A stretch of DNA of 50,058 nt, filler included, from Jimgerdemannia flammicorona (Eukaryota): NCBI GenBank assembly GCA_003990765.1. It is 2 parts of 2 records of this genome, joined end to end, with 100 filler letters (N's around TTAATTAATTAA, not from the genome) between each part and the next. Parts side by side here need not be neighbours in the genome. Positions count along the whole stretch, not along the records: positions 1 to 24,984 come from RBNJ01000896.1; 1 more part is not named here. One strand, 5' to 3'. This document shows, one piece after another, positions 11,161-22,464 of this stretch. How positions within the stretch are numbered: position 1 is the stretch's first letter; every line of letters starts with the position of its first letter. The position numbers and the translations under genes are program-made. Below the pieces are notes generated by a model. That model was given only the letters and a program-made list of their open reading frames with translations, was not told where the DNA came from and searched no databases.

Positions 11161-12874
11161 GTAGGTGCTAACATGTCTTTCAGCTGCCTGAACAAAGATG
11201 GGAACTGATTCCTGTTGTGGGATTGGGACTCAGCCAGTGCTAGATCTGGTGGTTCTCAGTAATTTGTTTTAGACTCCAGCTGGTGTCAGTTGCAGGAACT
11301 GCAGGAGGGGAACTTCCATCTTGGCCTCTTGAATCTTCTGCCAGGCTTTATTGTAAATATCTCTAGGCATTGTCTTTGGAGTATACTTCTTCTTGGGCTT
11401 TGGAGCAGCAGGTTCCTGTTCTTCTTGTTCCATTTCTTCATCTTCTAGTGGCAACTCATTTGTCTCAGGAACAAAAGGGGAGGGGGTTTGGAGAGGTGTT
11501 TCTACTTGTTCCTCCTCATATTCTTCATCTTCTTCTTGGATGATTCTTCTGCTGATATTCCTAGATGGCCTTCCTACAGGTCTCTTCCTCTTTTCTGCTG
11601 GGTAGACTGTCCTTCGGGTGATAACCTTGGTAGGGTACAAGTCTAGGTCACTGTAGTCTTCACTGTTACTTGCTTCCTCAAAATCTTCAACAGGATGGGC
11701 TTCAGTCTTCTTATACTGGGTGTCATTCCTTCAGTTTGGTGGTTCTGAGTCTCTTTGGTTACTTCTTTTATTGTCACATTCAGTGGCATAGTGTCCAAAT
11801 TGTCCACAGTGGAAGCATTGGACTTGAGCTCTGTCCCAGACAGGATACCTTCTTTCTTCTTACTGGTAATTCCTGTTATCTCTTGGTAGATAACCTTGGC
11901 TCCTCTGTGGTGGGTATCCTCTGTTGTCTTGGTAGCCCTGATTCTCGCATGTGGTGAGTTTTTCAATCTGTCCAACCAATCGGTCTAACTTGGAGCTGAG
12001 GTCTTGGATTTCGCTTCTGTCCTTCTTTCCTTCCTTGGCTGGCCTTCTTTCTTTGGATCTTTCTTGTCCTTGAAGGAGTTCTTGTAGGGCTTTGACCAGG
12101 ATGTCTTCTTTCTCTTCTTTTCTATCATAGTCACTCCAGGTAGTTCCTTGTCTGATATTAAAGAATCCTTGGGCTGCATCTACTTGCTCTTCAGACCTTC
12201 TGATGCCTAGGGTACAGACATGCTGGGCAATGTTTGGAGGAATTCTATTCATGAAGGTCATTGGACCTATGATGTCCTGGTTGGTGGCATTGAACCCAGC
12301 AGTATGCATTCTCTTCTGGATTCTTGTGAAGAAGGCTCTGGGTGACTCTCCAAGATTCATCTTTATCCCCATGATGGATTCTTGAGCCTTGTGGCAGGTT
12401 TCATTTCCTGCATATTTTTCAATGAGTCAGTGGACCATGGCTACATATTCTAGCTCATCAGACATTGCTGCCTGTATCTATCTTGCCAGTTCTGAGTCTG
12501 GGTTATTTGCTGTTTGATGAAAAATTCCTCTGACTAGTTCTCTGAGCTGGGTCTTGTAGATGGTGATTTTTCTTTAATCTGAGAGATTCCTCAAGGCTGC
12601 AATTCCTTCAATTCCATCAAGGAATTCTCTGGGGTCTTCCTCTGGGTATCCTGTAAAGGTTGGCAATGAAGTGGCCATTTCTTTGTCACTTTCTTCTGAT
12701 TCTGGTTCAGGTTCGGATTCTGATTCTGATTCACTTTCTGAGCTGTCACTAGAGATAGGGGTACTTGGGTATCTTGAGGATAGTGTTCTGGACCTTAGAC
12801 GAAGTGGAATGGGTCTAGATATTCTTGTAGGAGCTACTTCTGGCTCTGCAAGGGGTTGTGGTAAAGGTCCTATT

Positions 12875-14107
12875 GCCAGGCAACATGGGCAATATGGGCA
12901 ATACAGGTGGGCAAGACGGGCAAGACAGGCAAGATGGACAAGACGGGCAAGACAGCATGACAAGACAGGCAACATGGGCAAGATAGGCAAGACAGGCAAG
13001 ACAGGCAAGATGGACAAGACAGGCAAGACAGGCAAGATGGGCAAGACAGGCAAGACAGGCAAGATGGGCAAGATAGGTAAGACAGGCAAGATGGGCAAGA
13101 TGGGCAAGACAGGCAAGATGGGCAAGATGGGCAAGATGGGCAAGATGGTAAGATGGCAAGACAGCAAGATGGGCGACATGGGCAAGATGGGCAGATGGCA
13201 AGACAGGCGACATGGGCAAGATAGACAAATGGGCAAAATGGGCAAAATGGGCAACATGGGCAATATGGGCAACATGGGCAGGCAACACGGGCAACATGGG
13301 CAATATGGGCAGGCAATACAGGCAACACAGGCAACACAGGCAACACAGGCAATACAGGCAGGCAAGATGGGCAAGATGAGCAAGATGGACAAGACAGCAA
13401 GATGGGCAACATAGGCAAGATGGGCAGATGGCAAGATAGGCAACATAGGCAAGATGGGCAAAATAGACAAAACGGGCAATACAGGCAATACAGGCAACAC
13501 GGACAACATGGGCAACACAGACAACACAGGCAATACAGGTGGGCAAGATGGGCAAGATGGGCAAGATGAGCAAGATGGGCAAGATGGGCAAGATGGATAA
13601 GATGGCAAGATAGCAACATGGGCAATATGGGCAATATGGGCAGGTAAGATGGGCAAGACAGGCAACATGGGCAACACAGGCAACATGAGATATGGGCAAC
13701 ATAGGTGGGCAAGATGGGCAAGACAGGGCAAGATGGGCAAGATGGGCAAGATGGCAAGATGGCAACATGAGTAACACAGGCAATATGGGCAGACAAGACA
13801 GGCAAGATGGGCTAGATGGGTAAGACAGAAGACACTAATAGAGGTAGGTCAGGTGCACTAGATGCCAAATACTTGAGATGGTTGGAGCTTACAACCCATA
13901 CCTACTGGGTGGGGCAGGCCGGGTAAGAGGATCTAGTTACTTGAGCAGTGAGGTCGCAACTCACATCCTAAAGATGTAAGGCTGGGTGAGGGTAAAGGTG
14001 GGTTAAGATTGGGGTGGAATGGGGCTACTGATGTTGTATGAGGATATGTGACATGTTATAAATAGTTAATAAATGAGGCAACAGCCTATAGAAAAAAAAA
14101 AAAAAAA
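12875..14107 (+). mobile_element. Poly(A)-tailed non-autonomous retroposed insert made of a 9-bp satellite plus a ~260-bp unique tail
   Basis: TSD AAAGGTCCTATT at 12863-12874 and 14108-14119; AATAAA at 14068-14073; A-run 14092-14110. Confidence 0.88.
12879..13827 (+). repeat. Degenerate 9-bp tandem repeat (GGCAAGATG / GGCAAGACA / GGCAACATG / GGCAATATG), roughly 100 units
   Basis: Directly visible; accounts for the low-complexity GKM, LPI, CPS and AHL ORFs. Confidence 0.97.
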
Positions 14108-14498
14108 AAAGGTCCTATTAGTGAAATTGGTGAGGCTTGTATGGGGCATCTGGCTGTAAGGTCTCGGGTTCATGTAATAAAATCTTCTAGTTCTTGTGTA
14201 AGTTCTTCAAAATTTCTAACAGGGCTGCCTGTATTGTCTGGTTGATCTGGTTGGGGATTTCGGGCTGTACTGCCTTTTGGTTCTGGTTGGAGATTTCGGG
14301 CTGTACTGCCTTCTGGTTCTGTTTGGGATCCTTCTGATGCTGGGTAATTGGCAAGTCTTGAAGTAATTACTTCTCTTCCTATCCAGATGCTGGTGATAAC
14401 TGGTTCTCCTATAGTAGCAGAGGTTGGTGTTGTATCAAATATATCTAGTTTGACTATGGGTTCTTGTGAGCTGAAAAGTCACATTGATTTTGAAATCT

Positions 14499-14515
14499 TC
14501 CCAGTTGAGCCCCCA
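14499..14515 (-). promoter_or_regulatory. Primer-binding site complementary to tRNA-Pro
   Basis: Minus strand TGGGGGCTCAACTGGGA, 2 nt after the LTR-terminal CA; closely resembles the classical tRNA-Pro PBS TGGGGGCTCGTCCGGGAT. Confidence 0.8.
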
Positions 14516-14517
14516 AA

Positions 14518-15750
14518 TGTAATGTGCCTGGCTCAATAGAGGCCAATTACAAGGTTGGGAGTTGATGTAGTTTGGCTTAAGCTCCTAGTTACTTTGTCAA
14601 AAAGCAACAAAATGTTCTAAGCTTCCTGAGGTCCTTGGTGTTTAGTGGTATAATAGTCAAAGCTGGATATCTGTGAGTGATTTGTATGTCAATTTCCTAA
14701 TTGGGATAGTTCTCTGGGTATAGTGGCAATTTGCATAAATGGGTTTCCTTCCTGGGTCAACTGGGAATGGCAGAATTTGTATATAGCACAAGCAGTTTCC
14801 TTCTTGAGTAACAGGTGATTTCTGTGTAGTGTGACAATCTCTGTATGTGACGGTCTGATAATTTGGTGGCTTTCCTTATGTGATTTGGGTGGCAATCTCT
14901 GTGTAGCACAATGAGTTCCTTATGCAGGATGTTCTGATAATTTGGCAGATAACTCGATTTGGCTCACTGGGAATAGAGGGTGGTGCAGATCCTTCTTACT
15001 GAGAATTATGCTGGTGGTGGGTTCTCCTCAGACTTACTGGGAACAATGGATAACTCAGATGATATGGAAAATTTGAATAACTCGGATAGCGTGGATTTGG
15101 CTTCAACTGGAAATATTACTCAGATGACACAGATTCTCTAGAATCAGTGGGCTTCTGGGAAATAACTCAGATTCTTGGCAAGTTACATCAAAGACTGGCT
15201 TCATTTGTACAGGGTTATGTCATAGACTGGCTCTACTGCGAAGTTGCATCAGAAAGACTGGCTTGTAGCAAGAATAGCGATGAAAATTTGGGTTCTTCAG
15301 GTTTATCTGGCAAGCATACCAATAGCGTGGCTTATTTCTTAAGTGGCGGGTTCTTCAAAAGGCAGCAAAGTTCTCCTTGAACTTAGGTGGCAAAATCAGC
15401 TTTGTATCGGAAAGTGGACCAGAGTGGAAAAGGGACCAATGCTCAATCTTTAGAGGCTTCTTTGGTGTTTGTATTTCGGACTGAGGTTTATTCACTCTTG
15501 TTTCTAGGGTAATTTATATATTGTGGTTGCTATCTGGTTGCTACCTGGCTAACTATAGATTTGCTATCTATGGTGTATTTGGGTGGATGGTCACTGTCTG
15601 GTGGACAGCCACTGTTCACATTATTCCCTTCTTTGGCTATCTGGTTATTTATACATTTTTCCACAGCAATAGTTGCTGGTTACTATGCTATGCTAATATT
15701 TACATCACCTGGATAGGTTTTGAGATTGCTACATTTCATGGTTTGTTACA
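14518..15750 (-). repeat. 5' LTR of gypsy copy A (~1233 bp)
   Basis: TGTAAC...TTACA termini; TATATAAA followed by GAGTGAATAAACCTCAGTC; R/U5 part homologous to 47880-48862; followed by the PBS. Confidence 0.88.
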
Positions 15751-15884
15751 ATAGTTACTTATATGTATATATATATTACTAATTTATATAAATAAGCAGA
15801 TATATATACAAAATTGAGACATACCATTCTCTGAAGAGATATCTATTTTCTGCAGAAATCAGAGGTCACATTATTTCTAAATTA

Positions 15885-15889
<5 letters not shown>

Positions 15890-15921
<32 letters not shown>

Positions 15922-17113
15922 GGACTCATAGTCCTGCAGATTTTTATTGGAAGAGAACCTAGACTATATAGGCCAAACCCCTCCCCCAACACCTACTGAA
16001 CAATATCCCCCCATTAACCTAGGCTACTAAATTGTCCAGCAGTTCCACCGCTCCTGCTATACCTGTCGAACACTGGCTACATTGACCCCTATGACATAGA
16101 CTAGACTTGTCTGCTCACCAGGGCTGGATCATTGTTTACACATGAGAGCACACCTATGCATTAGATCTAGTAGTGCTGGAACTGAATAAAGAATAGTCCC
16201 CCAAACCCCAAAAGAAAGCTCAAGGCAAAGAAAAAACCCCCCAACTAACCAACAGAGAGCAAAGTAGATTCAAAGTGGGTGAGTAAAGGACTTACATGTA
16301 GCACCTTCCTCAAAAGACTTATACATGAGCTAGGGCCTGAAGAGACCCCACTCCCACTCCCCGAGCCTGCAGGTCTCGATCACGTTGCCATGTTAGCTCC
16401 CAGTTCTAGTTGGGACTGCCAAATAAGGAAGGCTCTACTCCCCAAGCCTGTGGGTCTCGATCACATTGCTGTGTCAGCTCCTGGTTCCAGTTGGGTATAG
16501 CCAGGATGCCAGCCTCTGTACCACCCCACCCCCCACCAGCCAATCGAAAGGCCCCACCAAAATATTGTCCACCCCAGCCCTGATGACTGCCCCCAGCCTG
16601 GCACCCCACTGGTTCACCATAATTACCCTTCCTCCTATCTGTGATGGCCATCTCCTCTCCCATCCCGACATCACCCAAAAAACAGTCACCTACACCAGAA
16701 CCACACTCGCTGGGAAGCTTGCCAAAGTCAGAGGGCCCGACCACAGACATCGAGAACCTGTAGGTAACCTACACTAAGCACTTGATGTCCAAGGTCAGCC
16801 AACTCTCTATGTAACCTGAGACACACTGAGACAGTACCTTGTTGGTACCGGCAAAAGGAAGAAGGTGCCACACCAAAATGGATGCACTCCAGACAGAGCC
16901 AAAGATACCAGAAACCATGAAAAAGTAGAGAAGATACTGATCTGACACTGATAAAGAGGCAACTCATCACCATTGCCCTCCTCCCACTATGCCCATGCAG
17001 GCACAGCAAACCAACCCAAGGTAGAGGGGGTAATAATAGGGCAAAGGGGACTTGGAAGGTTGTCTACCAAACCTTGTAACTGGTAAGGTAGTGGAGAAAG
17101 GGACACAATACTG
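15890..17113 (-). mobile_element. Non-coding poly(A)-tailed retroposon (SINE-like or truncated LINE), copy 1
   Basis: T-run ending 15918; AATAAA upstream of the tail; TSD TTCTAAATTAGCCTT at 15875-15889 and 17114-17128. Confidence 0.87.
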
Positions 17114-17146
17114 TTCTAAATTAGCCTTACTATATATTCTACAATT

Positions 17147-18310
17147 TTTTTTTTTTTTTTTTTAATGGACTCATAGTCCTGCAGATTTTTATTGGAAGAG
17201 AATCTAGACTATATAGGCCAAAACCCTCCCCCACTACCCACCGAACAATATCCCCCCATTAATCTAGGCTACTAAATTGTCTAGCAGTCCCACCGCTCCA
17301 ACTATGCCTGTCAAACACTGGCTACATTGACCCCCATGATATAGACCAGACTTGTCTGCTCACCAGGGCTGGATCATCATTTACATGCAAGAGCACACCT
17401 ATGTGTCAGATCTAGCAGTGCTGGGACTAAATAAAGAATAGACCCCTGAACTCCAAAAGAAAGCCCGAGACAAAGAAAAAAACCCCCCAACCAACCAACA
17501 AAGAGCAAAGTAGATTCAAAGCAGGTGAGTAAAGGACTTATATGCAGAACCTTCCACAAAGGACTTATACATGGGCTAGGGCCAGAAGAGATCCCACTCC
17601 TACTCCCTGAGTCTGTGGGCATTGATCACATTGCCATTTCAGCTCCCCAAGCCTGCGGGCCTCGATTGCATTGCTGCATCAGCTCCCAGTTCCAGTTGGA
17701 TACAGCCAGGACACCAGTCCCTGCACCACCCCATCCCCTATCAGCCAATCGAAAGGCCCCACCAAAATATTGTCTGCCCCAGCCCCAATGACCGCCTCCA
17801 GCCTGGTATTCCACTGATTCACTGTTATTGCCCTTCTTCCTATCTGTGACGACCATCTCTCCTCCCATCCTGACAACATCTGAAAAACAGTCACCTATGC
17901 CAGAACCGCACTTGCCAGGAAGCTCGCCAAAGCCAGAGGGCTCTATCACAGGCACTGAAGACCTATAGGTAACCTATACTGGGCACTTGACGCTCAAGGT
18001 TGGCCGACTCCCTATGTAACCCATGATACATCAAAACAACTCCTTGTTGGTGACAGCAAAAGGAAGAAGGCGCTGCACCAAAACGAGTATACCCCAGATA
18101 TAGCTGAAGGTATCAGAATCTGTGAAAAAGTGGAGAAAGTACTGATTCAATACTGATAAAGAGGTAACTCATCACCATTGCCCTCCTCCCACTATGCCCA
18201 TGCAGGTACAGCAAACCAACCTGAGGTAGAGGGGGTAATAATAGGAGAAAGGGGACTCGGAAGATTGTCTACCAAACCTTGTAACTGGTAAGGTAGCAGA
18301 GAAAGGGGTG
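17147..18310 (-). mobile_element. Same retroposon family, copy 2
   Basis: Colinear with copy 1; T-run ending 17163; own TSD TATATATTCTAYAATT at 17131-17146 and 18311-18326 (one C/T mismatch). Confidence 0.87.
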
Positions 18311-18326
18311 TATATATTCTATAATT

Positions 18327-18787
18327 ATCTAAATAGTAATTAGACAGTAACTATATCTGTATAAAATATCTCAGAGTTTCAAGTAAATAAATCTCAGTCT
18401 GAAATTCAAGTTGAAAGTAAAAGACAAGTCTGTCTATCATACTTTGAGAGATATATCTACCAAAAGTCACTTGATCTAAGAAAATAATTAAAATACTTAG
18501 AAGAAATGCCTACTTAAGAGCTACTGTTTAAAAGATTTTAAGTATTTCTGATTTTATTCCAGTCTTCTTGCTGAGTCATTCTATATTTAGTCTATATACT
18601 AAAATAAGCCAGAAGATTGCTGTCAAGTTCTAAGAATTGAACTTTATCTATTTGTAATAATTCTAAGATCAGTCTAAGACAAACTATTAAATATTTTATC
18701 ACTTTTTGACAAAGTAACTATGGGCTCAAGCCAATTTGCATAGCTGCCTCATCTTGTAATTTATCTCTATTGAGCTGATATATTATA
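18327..18787 (+). repeat. Eroded LTR of a related gypsy family (its upstream part is probably ~15760-15889)
   Basis: TATAAA, then AAGTAAATAAATCTCAGTC (18381-18399) and a 3' block TTTTTGACAAAGTAACTATGGGCTCAAGCCAA..TTGTAATTTATCTCTATTGAGC shared with the other LTR ends. Confidence 0.7.
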
Positions 18788-19293
18788 GTATATATGGTGG
18801 CTGCTGATTAAGATAAACTTCAAAAGCTGAATAAGAAGATAGTAGAGCAAAATAAGATTTTCAAAGATATAGAGCAACTGATCATAGATCAAATGGACAA
18901 TGTGACAACCAGAGCAAGTAGAGAAGGTGATAAACTCTTGAATAAGAGTAATGATAAGGGCAAAGAGGTCAACTGTCATATTGGAGAGCTGTGTCAGGTG
19001 AGAACTAGAATTGAGTTCCAGTTTATTAATCATAAAAGTCTGCTAAGTCTGGGAAGTATCCAGCTATAATCATGAATCCAATAAAGGTGACAACTTGAGT
19101 TCTGAACATACTATGCAAAATTGTGATATGTAAGAGCTCTTCCTTCTTGGATGATGGAGCAGGAAGCCCTGGTCAGTTCTCAAATAACATTGATGATAAT
19201 GAGAAAGACAGTGATGATAGAGAGCTAGTGAGAACCATTAATACTCTATCAACTTGGTAATACTTGTCTCATTCTTTATATTATTATTCCAAT

Positions 19294-19600
19294 ATTATTC
19301 CATCAAAGATGGGTGGAGATTTCCAAGAAGATTTCATCTCTCCACATATTACACTATTGAGGGTTGATAAGGATACTCAAGAGAATCTCATCTCTCCACC
19401 TATTACACCATCAAGGGTTGGCAAGGACTCTCAAGAGGATCTTGCCTCTCTACCAAGTAATCTTGGAGACAATTTAAGACTGGAAAATATTTTACCATTG
19501 AGGGTATATGAGAACTTTAATAAAAGTCTTACTCCTCTATCTATTATACCATTGAGGGTGGGTGAGGACTTATAAGAGGATCTTATCTCTCTAGCTAATG
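19294..19600 (+). repeat. About five 54-bp (18-aa) repeats, ITPSRVGKDSQEDLISPP-like, in a decayed ORF of unknown origin
   Basis: Visible in the ORF 19264-19575 translation and in the DNA. Confidence 0.7.
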
Positions 19601-21680
19601 CACCATCAACAGTAGATGAGAATACTTCAGAAATATCTTCAAGTAGGTTTAAGAAGAAAACTAGCACTAGTGATCAAATTACTATAAGCAACCCAAATAA
19701 TATGATCAGAAATTTATATAGTGGTATAATTGGTTCTCTGAATATAACTGGTTAGTACAGCAAACAAACTGCACTTCTTTTTCATATCTTTCTAATTTGG
19801 GAGTTTCTTTTTATTTTATTTTAATTTTTTAATTTTGCCAGAACACCATTACTATAATGATACTGCCACAACTGCTCATACATCCACAAAGGACTCAAAG
19901 TTCATTATCTGTATCAAAACCAAATCAAAAGTGACTCTCAATGAAAAGGCACAGGCATTACAATTAGGTTTACCTTGATTATCATAACTACTGAATCCTC
20001 CCATAACTTCAAATTGAACAAAATCATCTTTGATAGAGACAGGTGATATTTAGTCTCAAAAATGCACTATTTTCTTAACAATTTTGTTATCATAATCTTT
20101 TATCACAATCTTGATATTAATTTAAACAATGTGGTACCAACTTGGAGTACTGACAAATAATAGATGATGATTCAAATATATAATAAGAATAGAATGAATT
20201 AGAGATATATGGTAAATAATCCAATAATAGAGTGAAATAATCTGAGATATAATCTTGAGCAGCATTATAATTAGATGGTGAGAAGCCTGAACTAACAGAT
20301 TACTCAATTTATTTATAAGTTAGTATAAAGTTCTTGAGGAAAAGATGTGGCCTTCTTTTGGGGCTTTTAATAATGACCCTGATCTATTGAGCTGGATATC
20401 TATAAGAGTCAAAAACATTTATAAGCTGCCTAAAGGTATTATGAAGACTGAAGCAACTGAAGCAACTTTGTGCATGTGGAGAGTCACACAAATGATAGAA
20501 TATAATGTATCTGGAATAAGCTCAATCATTATGCCCAATATACTCAATATGCTCAATTTGTTTTCACATTCATCTCTCATCACAAAATATTGTAAGTTAG
20601 TGACTGGTATTTCAACCTATGAAGCCCTTACAAAGTTGAAACTTTTGGCTCCAAAGCTCTTCACTACTCAATATTACTATAGTATATATATCTTTTCTAC
20701 TTCATTGATATATATATAATAATATTTATATAAATGTGACTTTGTACTTTGTCTTAAGGGCTTGTTATACATATGTAGAAAATATATATCAGACTCAGGG
20801 ACCTATCATTACATTCTTATCTATTCTCATATATTGTAGACTTATTGAGTATACTTTTCCATTCAGATATACTTCTTTATCTTATATTTGTCTCACAGAC
20901 TTTAATTAAAATTTATTTCTATAAAATACCAAGACTTGAGTATTAGAAGTGAGAAAAGAGAAAAAATAGGATATGGTACTATACACGTTTTATACAAAGT
21001 AAAGAACCTTTACATCATATATTTTATTTATTTTGAGCAGAAATACATTATTTCATTAAAATAAAAATCTATATCATATATTACCTAACTATTTCATAGT
21101 TAGTCTACATTTGTGAGATATATGCAAAGGTTTAAATGCATATAAATACAACTTGATAGAACTACTTCAGCTATTTTCTGGATTCTGATATTATTACAAA
21201 AGTCTATTTTTCAGACCTAATACCACCTTGTGTCCTGTTTGGAGTCTCACAGCTTGTATCTGAATCTCACTCAACTGGCTCATGAACATCAACTCTTTTT
21301 ATGAGAGTGGATTCACTAAGATATAAAGGAACTATTACTATAAATATTAAGAATACCAAAGAGTATTTTGTAGATAAGAAATTGAACAGTAGAAAGGAAG
21401 AGATACTAGTCTTATCCTTTCAAACTATGCCAAATTATAATATCATCATTGAGACTCCAAGCCATGATATCTAAGGCCTATTCATTTACAATCATAACTT
21501 ACAGAGAAAAAACATTATCTATAAAGCCCAAAATAGTAGTTTATCTTTATCTAATAAAACATATACTATATGTACACAATGTACAATTCTACCAGCATAC
21601 CATTTCTCATTTACTCCAATACTCACACCCTGCTTTTTTCTTGTTAGAGCTTGATATCTTGATAGTAGAGATCCCAGATA

Positions 21681-21958
21681 GCTGATCATGTGGCCAATAG
21701 CTGGCCAGGATAGCTTGGTCTTAAATTTATAACTGACTGGTCTTAAATTTAGCCTAGCCAGCTAATTAATCTATAAATTTAAGACTGAGTCACCCTGTCT
21801 TGGCCTTAAATTTACAGCCAACTGGTCAAGTGGCATTTATTTAATTTGGAAAATTTAGAAATCAAAACAGCCAAATAAGGCCTGGCCACTTGGCCAACTA
21901 GCCAATCCATAAATTTAAGGCCAAGCCACCCTGGCCAGCCATTGGCCATATGGCCAGC
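21681..21958. mobile_element. MITE/foldback-like element with ~50-bp imperfect inverted repeats
   Basis: 21681-21730 matches the reverse complement of 21909-21958 with transition mismatches; internal repeats of GGYCTTAAATTTA in both orientations. Confidence 0.6.
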
Positions 21959-22464
21959 ACGTTTTAGTATTTCGGCTGGCTGGTCGACAGGCTGGCCTTT
22001 TGTATGTTGAAGTGGAACGTGCGAAAATCGAGCGGTCGTTTGATAAGCACCGTCTACTGAAGCGGTCAATGTGTGGCAGGCCACTTCGCTTTGCATATTC
22101 ATGGCCAACTTTTCGGCGCCTTCATCATATATTTTGGTGCCGCATTGGTAACGAGGCATCTCGTGATTAATTTTCCCGGATAGATAAGCCAGAATAAATC
22201 CGTGGATTAAGCAAAAAAAGCGGAAGTGAGATGACAACATGGAGGGTCCAGGCGGCATGGTAATTATGTGGCACGACACGCTCTCCGAGAATGAATGGCA
22301 TTTCGCACAGAGTTCTAGGCATAATTAATCATGTGGGGCGGAAACCTTGGTTTGATAGGCGGCTGCGGCGGGAACGTCCCCAAATGGATCGGGTGACACG
22401 CCCAGTCCAAAACATCCAACGGTTCCTCATCTACACTGTAAACATCGCCCCCACCCCTATCATA

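Larger units (their letters stand above)
11640..14484 (-). pseudogene. Gypsy gag, interrupted by the 12875-14107 insertion
   Basis: ATG at 14484 just after the PBS; frame rejoins across the insertion (..SPISL-IGPLPQPL..); LPTFTGYPEEDPREFL capsid-like motif; CFHCGQFGHYATEC zinc knuckle at 11776-11817. Confidence 0.85.
291..15750 (-). mobile_element. Ty3/gypsy LTR retrotransposon copy A (5'LTR-PBS-gag-PR-accessory module-dUTPase-RT-RNaseH-IN-ORF3), inactivated, with nested insertions
   Basis: Domain order PR-RT-RH-IN. Motifs RLCVDYRKLN, MPFGLCNAP, YMDD, LYTDTS, TDHAAL, GVDVIGPLP, SDQGTEF, NGMTERMNQ; CCHC knuckle; LTR bounded by TGTAA..TTACA; many stops and frameshifts. Confidence 0.95.

Noticed and set aside
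12574..13805. Long ORFs resembling collagen (GKM/GKT), metallothionein (CPSC) or membrane proteins (LPI/LPV)
   Set aside because: All are translations of a 9-bp satellite with frequent phase slips, inside a TSD-bounded insert.
15890..18310. Simple tandem duplication or LTR pair
   Set aside because: Each copy has a distinct TSD and poly(A) tail, and neither has TG..CA ends.
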